Assembly: GCA_041746655.1 (NCBI GenBank)
Contig: JBGTGR010000003.1
Span: forward strand, 36,275-100,274
Direction: 5' to 3'
Length of the DNA stretch: 64,000 nt
Source: Elainellales cyanobacterium
Lineage (GTDB): Bacteria > Cyanobacteriota > Cyanobacteriia > Elainellales > Elainellaceae
Made by a program: the position numbers and the translations under genes
Notes under the pieces: generated by a model
The model's input: the letters and a program-made list of their open reading frames with translations, nothing else
What the model was told of the DNA's origin: nothing
Databases searched by the model: none
Part shown: positions 8,567 through 16,573 of the stretch, in pieces
Position numbering within the stretch: the first letter of the stretch is position 1
Layout of the letters: each line of letters starts with the position of its first letter

Positions 8567-9670
8567 ATGAGCCAGGTTGTGGTCATTGGGTGTGGAGTGG
8601 TTGGAGCGGCGATCGCCTATGAACTCAGCCAGGTTCCAAGCTTGACGGTGACGGTGGTGGATCGTCAGCCGCCTGCTCAGGGGGCAACAGGGGCAGCTTT
8701 GGGGGTGCTGATGGGGGTGATCAGCCACAAGGTGAAGGGTAAGGCTTGGCGGATGCGGCAGACGAGTTTGCAGCAGTATGAGCGCTGGGTGCCTGAGCTG
8801 GAGGCGGTGACGGGGCGATCGCTCCCTTTTAATCGGCAGGGAATTTTAAAGCTGTGTTTTGAGGGGGAAGACCTGTCTCGCTGGGAAAAGCTGGCGGAGG
8901 TGCGGCGATCGCAAGGCTGGTCGCTGGAGGTTTGGGATCGCGATACGCTACAGGCTCGCTGTCCCTACTTGGGCGATCGCCTGATCCAGGGAGCAGTTTA
9001 TTCTCCACAAGATCGGCAGTTGGACCCGACGGCGTTGACGTTGGCGTTGGTGGAGGCGTCTCGGCAGCGAGGGGTTCGGTTTTACTTTGGGGTAGAAGTC
9101 CAAGGGATAGAAGGCAAACCTGGCGCGGCTGGGCTATGTTTGCAAGTGGCTCCTAATGCGGAGATGCAAGAGGCTCTGACTACTGACTGGGTGGTGATTT
9201 CGGCGGGGTTGGGATCGATGGGATTGACGGGGGCGATCGCTCAACCTGTGGAGATTCGTCCGGTGTTGGGGCAGGCGTTGCATTTGCGGTTACGGCAGCC
9301 GTTGGGTGATCTGGGCTTTCAGCCAGTGATCACGGGGGATGATAGTCATCTGGTGCCGTTGGGTGGGGGGGAATATTGGTTGGGGGCGACGGTTGAGTTT
9401 ATGCCGGAGCAGGGAGAATTGGTGGCGGATGGGGAGCGGTTGCGGGAGGTGTTGGAGGGAGCGATCGCCTTTTGTCCAGATCTGGCAAGGGCTGAGGTGT
9501 TGCGGTCTTGGTCGGGGATGCGTCCGCGTCCGGAGGGGCGACCTGCGCCGATTGTTGAGCGGTTGGCGGGGTGTGAGAATGTGTTGTTGGCGACGGGGCA
9601 TTATCGCAATGGGGTGTTGTTGGCTCCGGCGACGGCTTTGATGATTCGGGAGTTGATTGTTGAGAAATGA
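8567..9670 (+). CDS. FAD-dependent oxidoreductase, DAO family (glycine oxidase ThiO-like)
   Basis: N-terminal Rossmann motif VVVIGCGVVGAAIAYEL. Length of 367 aa and the C-terminal GHYRNGVLLAP motif are typical of glycine/D-amino-acid oxidases. Confidence 0.75.
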   Translation: MSQVVVIGCGVVGAAIAYELSQVPSLTVTVVDRQPPAQGATGAALGVLMGVISHKVKGKAWRMRQTSLQQYERWVPELEAVTGRSLPFNRQGILKLCFEGEDLSRWEKLAEVRRSQGWSLEVWDRDTLQARCPYLGDRLIQGAVYSPQDRQLDPTALTLALVEASRQRGVRFYFGVEVQGIEGKPGAAGLCLQVAPNAEMQEALTTDWVVISAGLGSMGLTGAIAQPVEIRPVLGQALHLRLRQPLGDLGFQPVITGDDSHLVPLGGGEYWLGATVEFMPEQGELVADGERLREVLEGAIAFCPDLARAEVLRSWSGMRPRPEGRPAPIVERLAGCENVLLATGHYRNGVLLAPATALMIRELIVEK

Positions 9671-9742
9671 TTGTTGGGGGCTGGCTGTTGGGGGACTTGA
9701 GCTTGGGAACCGAGCCTTGGGGGCGTACCCCCAAACCCCCTT

Positions 9743-9767
9743 GTGGGGGACGGGTTCCGTCCCCCAC
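9743..9767. terminator. Strong GC hairpin between convergent genes (no U-tract)
   Basis: GTGGGGGACGG-GTT-CCGTCCCCCAC is a perfect 11-bp stem. It is preceded by a second G5/C5 hairpin, TGGGGG-CGTA-CCCCCA, at about 9716-9731. Confidence 0.35.
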
Positions 9768-9933
9768 ACCCCCTCGGTAAGGGTTGATCTGTGAGGGGCA
9801 CAAATCGCTTCGCTTCGGTGGGATGCAAGGGGTTGCTAGAAGCTCTGGAAGGGATACCCAATTTACAAATGGAGCGCATCCCACAGCTTACTCAGCTTGG
9901 CATTTCTCATCGGTGCTGTCTGATTATGAGTTT

Positions 9934-10134
9934 CTACTCTCCTTCTTCTACAACCCCTTCCTCCTCTTCAAGACCTTCCTCTTCCACTTCTTCCTCAATG
10001 CCTACACCTTCCTCAATGCCTACACCTTCCTCAACGCCCTCTTCTTCCACTTCAGGGGTACAACCAACCGCAAAAGTGAGTAAAGCACCCGCAGTCATCC
10101 AACGAGCTAAATTCTTCCAAAGAGTTGTAGACAC
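9934..10134 (-). CDS. Small, extremely acidic lipoprotein (66 aa)
   Basis: GTG start at 10132-10134 with AAGGAG 8 nt upstream. Signal plus lipobox MSTTLWKNLARWMTAGALLTFAVGC. The mature part is almost only E/G/V/I (EEGVEEGVGIEEGVGIEEEVEEEGLEEEEGVVEEGE). Confidence 0.6.
   Translation of the reverse strand: MSTTLWKNLARWMTAGALLTFAVGCTPEVEEEGVEEGVGIEEGVGIEEEVEEEGLEEEEGVVEEGE
9990..10025. repeat. Exact 18-bp tandem duplication (CTTCCTCAATGCCTACAC x2) inside the acidic lipoprotein gene, plus a degenerate third unit
   Basis: Read directly. It encodes GVGIEE x2 on the minus strand. Confidence 0.85.
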
Positions 10135-10227
10135 CGAAGATTCTCCTTATGTTCAAATTTTGCGCTGATAATCAAGTTACTCGCCCACAGATTGCCTTTT
10201 ACCTAAAAGTTCAACGAAACCCCAAGA

Positions 10228-10506
10228 TTAACTAAGATAAGAAAGCATATCTAATTTCTGTATTGCTAATATTACCAACTCGGCATCACTAACGACGTTG
10301 TAGTAGTCCATCACGTCGTAACCATTATCTCGATTTGGAGAAGGGTAGAAGGGTAATAACCACAGGCAGGTGATCCCCAATCCGGAAAGATAATTTAGGC
10401 GCTGAGTCAGTCCTTGAAAGTCACCCATTCCATCCCCATCAGAGTCCATGAAGGTTTCTACATCAAGGGAGTAAACGATCGCATTTTTATACCAGAGGTC
10501 GGCCAT
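10228..10506 (-). pseudogene. Truncated N-terminal remnant of an alpha-amylase-family (GH13, trehalose-synthase-like) gene
   Basis: The first ~68 aa ([67 protein letters not shown]) match the conserved GH13/TreS N-terminus. The frame then diverges and stops at 92 aa, whereas family members exceed 500 aa. Confidence 0.7.
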
Positions 10507-10540
10507 AGGTTCTAATTACACTTCAATAAAATGCATCAAA

Positions 10541-10918
10541 TTACTCACTGCCATAAGCAACGGTGCTGAGTAGAGCATTCTCTGTCTGACGTGAATCTAA
10601 TCGGGTATGCTGGACGACGATAGGAACGTCAGATTCCAACACGCTGGCATAGTCGGTGTCGCGAGGAACGGGTTCAGGATCGGTTAAATCGTTGAATCGT
10701 AGATGCTTGGTGCGTCGGGGAGGAATGGTGACACGATATGGCCCAACTGGATCGCGATCGCTAAAATAGATCATGATTTCAACATGTGCTTCTTGCTCAG
10801 ATGTGTTGAGCAGACAAGCCGTTTCGTGACTGGTGAACTGAGGCTCAGGTCCGTTGCTGTAGGATGGAATGTAACCTTCGGCGATCGCCCAACGGGTCTG
10901 CCCAATCGGTTGACTCAT
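10541..10918 (-). CDS. Sensory rhodopsin transducer (ASRT, PF07100-like) homolog, with no rhodopsin gene in the window
   Basis: Exactly 125 aa. WAIAEGYIP, GPEPQFTSHET, PYRVTIPPRRTKHLRFNDL and PIVVQHTRLDSRQTENALLST match my recollection of Anabaena ASRT. Confidence 0.6.
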   Translation of the reverse strand: MSQPIGQTRWAIAEGYIPSYSNGPEPQFTSHETACLLNTSEQEAHVEIMIYFSDRDPVGPYRVTIPPRRTKHLRFNDLTDPEPVPRDTDYASVLESDVPIVVQHTRLDSRQTENALLSTVAYGSE

Positions 10919-10921
10919 TAC

Positions 10922-11812
10922 TTACTCTCCTACACTTAACTGACGTAGTTCAATCTGTTTGCAAAGGCTCTCAACCGCAAGGGTGAGCGATCGCATCAAC
11001 TCTGAATCTTCGCGATAGTCGGCAGGAGCAAGGTTTGTGACTCGTTGACTCTCGCTCACTTGAATTTGCTGATTCCAGTCCTGAGCATCTTTGTAAACGC
11101 CGAGAGCGATGCCACCTTCGTCATTGATCACAGAGAAACAGGGAATGTCTGATGCACCGTCGCCGATGTAAATAATTTGAGACAGCGGTACGTACAGTTC
11201 CTCTTCTGACACATCCCGGTAGGCAAAGGAACGTCCGCTTTCTTCAATGTTTTCATTGCCGCTAGCAACTTGCATCAAATATCGCGTTTTTTCGGTGTGA
11301 CTGATAACGCGCTTGATAAATTCAACTTCGCCGTTTTCATCGAAGTGAAACTGACAACCCCAGATTTTTTTGAAATGGGGTGCAATGCAGCTGTGACAGG
11401 CGATTTCTTCAATGCCCCCTGAGATCACATAAAACTCTAGTTCAATTTTTGAGTTTAGCTCGTGGACTCGCTTATGCAGTCGGGTGAACATTTCTTCTAA
11501 CCCATCAAATGGTTGAATTTTTTGTCCTAATTGATGCAGGCGATCGCGAGTAATTCGCTCGTCTGGTTTACGTTGTTTTGACTCCTGAATTAGTGCATAG
11601 GCTCGTGCAGGAACACTATCCCAACCATCATCTAGCAACGGCTGATACCGCTGTTGACGAAATTCCTGCACATCCCATCCCAAACTTTCAACCAGAAAAT
11701 CAAATGTGTCTGGAGCCAACGTATCATCAAAGTCAAATACGGCAGCAATTCGGTTACAAACGGGCTTCGTCGCTTGTGGTTTGGTAAATTGAGCGTTTTC
11801 GGTTTGGGGCAT
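10922..11812 (-). CDS. HAD-superfamily hydrolase (phosphatase-like)
   Basis: Motif I AAVFDFDDTLAP (DxDxT) and motif IV IYIGDGASDIPCF. Its stop lies 3 nt before the ASRT start, suggesting an operon. Confidence 0.7.
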   Translation of the reverse strand: MPQTENAQFTKPQATKPVCNRIAAVFDFDDTLAPDTFDFLVESLGWDVQEFRQQRYQPLLDDGWDSVPARAYALIQESKQRKPDERITRDRLHQLGQKIQPFDGLEEMFTRLHKRVHELNSKIELEFYVISGGIEEIACHSCIAPHFKKIWGCQFHFDENGEVEFIKRVISHTEKTRYLMQVASGNENIEESGRSFAYRDVSEEELYVPLSQIIYIGDGASDIPCFSVINDEGGIALGVYKDAQDWNQQIQVSESQRVTNLAPADYREDSELMRSLTLAVESLCKQIELRQLSVGE

Positions 11813-11869
11813 AGAGAGAACTCCTCAGATAATTACTACTCAGGGACAGGAATGGGGCGATCGCGCAAC

Positions 11870-13279
11870 TTAACTTCCACTTGCACTTCCAATCACGCCC
11901 GTTAGTTGTAACAGGTAGATTACTGCAAACGCCGCAAAGAATAATCCTGCTATCACTGTTCCAGCAAAAATAAACTTCGATGGACGCAACTCCTTCGGCA
12001 ACATGCGATGATTCAAGTAGAGCGTTAATCCGGTGACGATGGGAATGTGAGCGGCTTCAATAGCCCCTGCCGTTTGCAGCAAACCCACAGGTTTCCCAAA
12101 GAACAAGTAGATGGCGATCGGGAGTGCTGCTAGCAGAATTACAATGTAAAACTTACGCAGAAACTTTTCATTGACCCAGCGACCACTCACTCCAAATCCT
12201 TGCAGAATGATTTGTGTGCCATCAGCAAACATGCGTCCAAATCCATCCTGCACGGAAAGCGTCGTGCTGCAAAAGGTGATAAATACGATCGCGATCATAA
12301 ACCAGAAGCCAAACGGACCCCACAAGTCACCCAGCAGGTTTCCCAATGTTTCGGCAACCTGATCTTCTTGGGGAACAAGTCCTTGTGGACGCAACAACTC
12401 ACTCCCTAAAATCAGGAATGCTAAAGCGGCTAGCAGTGCCCCTATCACAGCCAGAGTATTTGAGAGCATCATTTGCATCGTCCACCCCTGCAAGTGCTGC
12501 CGTTCTTCACGTCCAATTTGAGAAAAATCGATGGGTTCTTCTTGCTTAAGGGCAGCGGCTCCATAGCCTCTAGCTCCAACCCAGTAGGAATACCACATTA
12601 GCCCTGCGGCACCTGCCAACATAAAACCTAGCCAGGGTAGAATCTCGTCATAGCGCACATCGGATAGAATTTGGGGCACCAATCCAGAGGTGAGTTGTCC
12701 AAGGTTGGGAAAAACAATCACAGCAGCTACTACCACGGCGATCGTCCGAGCAATACCTATATAAGATGAAATTTTCTCTACTCCTTCATATTGCCCTAGA
12801 AAAACAATCGCAGCGGTTACAAGAATAATAAGCACAGTCCAGAGTTGAACCGTTCCTCCTGTCACCAAAATCAAGGCAGTGGAAGCGGTTCCCGTGAGTC
12901 CTGCAACGGTAGAAATTGCAACGACAACTTGTGGAATTAAGATTAACCAAACTGCCCAGTTTTTAGGGCCTGGTAGCCGCCTAAAGCCTTCCAAAATCGT
13001 TGTTCCACTGCAAACAGTGAAACGTCCAATCTCACCATTGATAAACCACTTTAAAATTACGGCTGCTAGCAGTGCCCACAGAAGAGAATAGCCATAAAAA
13101 GCGGCAATTCGAGGCGTAAACAACAGTTCTCCAGATCCTGCTGCCGACAGCATCCAGATGAAGCTGGGACCTAGCCATAGAAAACGCTGCCAGCCTTGTG
13201 GAGGTTTGGGTATCCGTTGAGTATTATCCTCTTGCTGCTCGGCGGTTGGAGACGAATTGTAGTCATTTTGGCTACTCAT
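11870..13279 (-). CDS. Nramp-family-like divalent metal cation transporter (polytopic membrane protein)
   Basis: 469 aa with about 11 hydrophobic segments. The N-terminal GPSFIWMLSAAGSGELLFTPRIAAFYGYSLLWAL resembles the distant Nramp subgroup pattern, but there is no canonical DPGN motif. Confidence 0.5.
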   Translation of the reverse strand: MSSQNDYNSSPTAEQQEDNTQRIPKPPQGWQRFLWLGPSFIWMLSAAGSGELLFTPRIAAFYGYSLLWALLAAVILKWFINGEIGRFTVCSGTTILEGFRRLPGPKNWAVWLILIPQVVVAISTVAGLTGTASTALILVTGGTVQLWTVLIILVTAAIVFLGQYEGVEKISSYIGIARTIAVVVAAVIVFPNLGQLTSGLVPQILSDVRYDEILPWLGFMLAGAAGLMWYSYWVGARGYGAAALKQEEPIDFSQIGREERQHLQGWTMQMMLSNTLAVIGALLAALAFLILGSELLRPQGLVPQEDQVAETLGNLLGDLWGPFGFWFMIAIVFITFCSTTLSVQDGFGRMFADGTQIILQGFGVSGRWVNEKFLRKFYIVILLAALPIAIYLFFGKPVGLLQTAGAIEAAHIPIVTGLTLYLNHRMLPKELRPSKFIFAGTVIAGLFFAAFAVIYLLQLTGVIGSASGS

Positions 13280-13400
13280 TTTCTTGTCGCCTTAGAAAAT
13301 ATTTATTTGAGGCTTTTCTTCCGTCGTTATACTCGGTCAAGCGTATAAGTTGGAGGCGATCGCTACTTCTAGCTAACGGAGGAAGAAGGATTTCAAACTA

Positions 13401-13462
13401 TTGAATGACGAAAGTTTCATACAAATTTCATTTTTGTGTGAAATGCTCAATGTAGAGAATTA
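13401..13462 (+). promoter_or_regulatory. Promoter/operator module copy A: direct repeat TTTCAT-N5-TTTCAT (11-bp period) plus a -10-like TAGAGAAT, upstream of the response regulator and divergent from the Nramp-like gene
   Basis: ttgaatgacgaaagTTTCATacaaaTTTCATttttgtgtgaaatgctcaatgTAGAGAATt. About 75-80% identical to copy B at 14510-14572. Confidence 0.45.
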
Positions 13463-13546
13463 GTAACGTAATACACGTAATATATCCATTAACAAGTATC
13501 TATAAATAAAGAAGACAACTAACGAGTAAATGGAATATTTAGAGAA

Positions 13547-14242
13547 ATGCGACTTTTACTAATTGAAGATGAACCGGATCTAGGCGCAGCAATCAAAAAG
13601 GTGCTTAATCAGGAAACTTATGTAGTGGACTGGATTCTAGATGGAAATCAAGCCTGGAGTTACTTAGAAACTCAGTGGACAGAATATACCCTGGCGATTA
13701 TTGATTGGATGCTGCCGGGAATGTCAGGTTTGGAGTTGTGCAAGCGTTTGAGAGCAAATCACAGTTCGCTTCCAGTCTTGATGTTGACAGCAAAAGAGCG
13801 AATGGAAGAAAAGATTATTGGGCTGGATGCAGGTGCAGACGATTATTTAGTCAAACCCTTCAAAATGCCGGAACTGCTCGCCCGACTGCGGGCACTACGA
13901 CGGCGATCGCCCCAGCTTCAGCCGCCCCAACTCCAGGTTGGAAATCTCACACTTAACTACGGTACTCATTCGGTCACTCGCCAAGGTGCGACTGATAACG
14001 AAAAACAAGTTATTCCACTCACTATTAAAGAATTTCAACTGCTAGAATATTTCATGAAGCATCCCAACCAGATCGTCAACCGCGACCAGATCATGAATCA
14101 ACTCTGGGAAATAGATGAAGAACCCGTTAGTAATGTGGTTGCAGCTCAAGTGCGTTTGCTCAGACGCAAGTTAGAAGACAGCAATAATAGTTTGATTGAG
14201 ACGATTTATGGGGTAGGCTACCGCTTTAACCCAAACCTATGA
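13547..14242 (+). CDS. OmpR/PhoB-family response regulator
   Basis: Receiver domain (MRLLLIEDEPDL...IIDWMLPGMSGLELC...LMLTAK) plus a winged-helix output domain (LTIKEFQLLEYFMKHPNQIVNRDQI...IETIYGVGYRF). Confidence 0.9.
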   Translation: MRLLLIEDEPDLGAAIKKVLNQETYVVDWILDGNQAWSYLETQWTEYTLAIIDWMLPGMSGLELCKRLRANHSSLPVLMLTAKERMEEKIIGLDAGADDYLVKPFKMPELLARLRALRRRSPQLQPPQLQVGNLTLNYGTHSVTRQGATDNEKQVIPLTIKEFQLLEYFMKHPNQIVNRDQIMNQLWEIDEEPVSNVVAAQVRLLRRKLEDSNNSLIETIYGVGYRFNPNL

Positions 14243-14509
14243 TCCTTTGATTTTTGCGCCCTAAAACGATCGCAACACTTGCCAAACGTGGTGCAAAATA
14301 GTGCGAGCGTGTCTTGAGAGATCTTCAACCCTTTCATAAACTCAATTTGTCATGCTGGTGAAGTAGCGGTTAACCGTAACACTTCTCATAGGTCATCTGT
14401 TGCTTGAGTATGGTTGTCGCCGTTTCGCTGGGCTCGCATTTCAGCCAACTGCCGTAGAAAACCACTGATACTCCGAGGTTTGGGATGCACCCGATTAAAT
14501 ATCTCTATA

Positions 14510-14572
14510 TTGAAGGTTGAGAAAGTTTCATGCTGATTTCATTTTTGTATGCAATGTTCAACTTAGAAATTC
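14510..14572 (+). promoter_or_regulatory. Promoter/operator module copy B, about 500 nt upstream of the histidine kinase start
   Basis: ttgaaggttgagaaagTTTCATgctgaTTTCATttttgtatgcaatgttcaactTAGAAATt. Same architecture as copy A. Confidence 0.45.
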
Positions 14573-15074
14573 TGATGCTAATCGCGAAAGACATCGTTTA
14601 GTTGCTTCGGTTAATTGAGACGTTGCGTTGCAACCGCAAACGCAACCTACAAGATGGCAATCGCACGGAAAACTCAAGCAAATCGATGGCTGGCAATACT
14701 TTTGCCACTTCACTAATACCTCTCTACAGCCCGTTGCCGCGATGTATTAGACCTCAATAGGTACCTTAACGTTTAATACGTTCAAGCTCTTCACAAACAA
14801 ACGGTGTATCTGCGCGAACCTTTAGTGCGATCGCTCAATCTTTTAGATCATTTATGTACAACAGTCAGTATCATAGAGCAACATAAAGATTGCAAGCATC
14901 ACAAGCTTGTGTCGTCTAGGCACAGCGTTGTTGCAATTGATAAAACTCAACAATCGCACATCTGACCCTTTGATTAGAGCTTCAGCTCATCCCTTCAGAG
15001 AGAGGCAAAAAGGCGGGTTGGATTGCATACTTTGGTCGGTAGAAGTTTTTACCATTGTTCTTCGTCACCTTGGT

Positions 15075-16412
15075 ATGCAGCAAAATCACCTATTCCATCA
15101 AACTCGTCTGCGCTTAGCAGGTTGGTATGCTGGGGTGATGGGATGTACTTTGGCGCTGTTTGGGTTTGGCACCTATGGGGTGATCGCAGAAGCCTATAGC
15201 AAAACGATTGATCGGGGACTCGAATCGGTGACAGGAATTCTGGCTCAGCAAATTGAGCCAATTCTCGAGCGACCAGAGCGGTTGAGCCAACTTGCCAACT
15301 ATCTCAAGGTTTGCTTGCCCAAGGCAGAGTGCCTACCCACCATAGCAGAAACCCAACCGCCTTTAACTAATTTGACATCCCCTGCTGATTACTATATTCG
15401 CTTGCTTGACCCTGATGGAAATCCAATTATGGTTGGCGGTATTCCGCTAGACGAATTAGCAATTACTCCAGGAGATCAGCAGTGGCGAACCGTTACAGAT
15501 TCTCAAAAAAATCGTTATCGTCAGGTTTCCTTACCGCTACGTTTTCAGGATGGGATTTGGGGATATGTGCAAGTGGGGCGATCGCTTGAAGACTTGGACG
15601 AGAATTTAGAAGATTTACGCTGGATGCTGTTTCTCGGTTGCCCGATTGCAGTGGTGCTGCTTGGAGTAACCAGTTGGTGGTTGTCAGACTTGGCAATGCA
15701 GCCTGTCTATCGGTCTTACCAATATATGCAGCAATTCACTGCTGATGTTGCTCATGAGCTTCGTACCCCTCTTGCTGCAATGGAGGCAACGATTGAAGCT
15801 GATCTTCGGCTCCACCAAAAATCCGAAGGCTCTCCTTCGGTAGACCGAGAGATTGTCACCGTTTTTCAGCGACAAACTGCGCGACTCTCTCAGTTGATCA
15901 AAGACCTATTACTGTTGGCACGAATTGATCGGCGCGAACTGGCAGGACGGCACCAACTCTGTTGCTTAAACAACTTAGTAAGTGACCTTGTTGAAGAGTT
16001 GGCATTTTTAGCTGTTGAAGCAGGTGCTCAACTCTCATTGGAAATGCAGGTTCATCAACCTGTCTACGCTCTGGGAGATGAAGGGCAACTCTATCGATTA
16101 GTTTCCAATCTGATCAGTAATGCAATTCAGGCAACTGCAGAAGGCGGACAAGTCACTGTTATTCTGAATCGAATTGACCAACATGCGCTAATTCAAGTGC
16201 AAGATACAGGGGTAGGAATTGCGCTTGAAGATCAAGCTCGAATTTTCGATCGCTTTTACCGAGTAGAACAGGAGCGATCGCGCCACACAGGAGGCTCAGG
16301 TTTAGGGTTGCCCATTGCCCAGGCGATCGCTTGCATCCATCGCGGCAGCATTCAAGTCAAAAGCGAACTGGGAAAAGGCAGTGTGTTCACCTTACGCCTG
16401 CCGCTGCAATAG
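15075..16412 (+). CDS. Sensor histidine kinase (two TM segments, periplasmic sensor domain, HisKA + HATPase_c)
   Basis: H-box FTADVAHELRTPLAAM, N-box LVSNLISNAIQAT, G1 QDTGVGI and G2 GGSGLGLPIA. I prefer the ATG at 15075 (MQQNHLF...); the track ORF begins at 14907. Confidence 0.85.
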   Translation: MQQNHLFHQTRLRLAGWYAGVMGCTLALFGFGTYGVIAEAYSKTIDRGLESVTGILAQQIEPILERPERLSQLANYLKVCLPKAECLPTIAETQPPLTNLTSPADYYIRLLDPDGNPIMVGGIPLDELAITPGDQQWRTVTDSQKNRYRQVSLPLRFQDGIWGYVQVGRSLEDLDENLEDLRWMLFLGCPIAVVLLGVTSWWLSDLAMQPVYRSYQYMQQFTADVAHELRTPLAAMEATIEADLRLHQKSEGSPSVDREIVTVFQRQTARLSQLIKDLLLLARIDRRELAGRHQLCCLNNLVSDLVEELAFLAVEAGAQLSLEMQVHQPVYALGDEGQLYRLVSNLISNAIQATAEGGQVTVILNRIDQHALIQVQDTGVGIALEDQARIFDRFYRVEQERSRHTGGSGLGLPIAQAIACIHRGSIQVKSELGKGSVFTLRLPLQ

Positions 16413-16573
16413 CTTTTTGTACCGTTTTTAGCGTCCATTCACAACGCTCTTGTGTCAACCGCACTACTGATTCTAGGAATTCTGATTATCCTATAAACTT
16501 GGTGATGATTCATGTCTCTAACTGCAAAGTTGAAGGGTTGGTAGGAAATGCGGTAAATTGGCGTCTCCTCTCT

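Noticed and set aside
9290-9884. Several 90-160-aa Pro/Arg/Gln-rich ORFs antisense to or overlapping the FAD oxidoreductase and the GC-rich spacer
   Set aside because: They are typical alternative-frame artefacts of GC-rich sequence, with low-complexity composition. The sense frame has a clear Rossmann/DAO signature.
9791-10168. 125-aa plus-strand Ser/Pro/Thr-rich ORF
   Set aside because: It is the mirror frame of the acidic lipoprotein gene. The minus-strand frame has a strong AAGGAG RBS and a signal peptide plus lipobox; the plus-strand frame has neither.
14386-14490. 34-codon minus-strand ORF (VHPKPRSISGFLRQLAEMRAQRNGDNHTQATDDL) resembling the C-terminus of a ribbon-helix-helix/CopG-type protein
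   Set aside because: It is too short, has a GTG start without an RBS, and the resemblance is vague. At most it is a gene remnant, so it is not reported as a feature.
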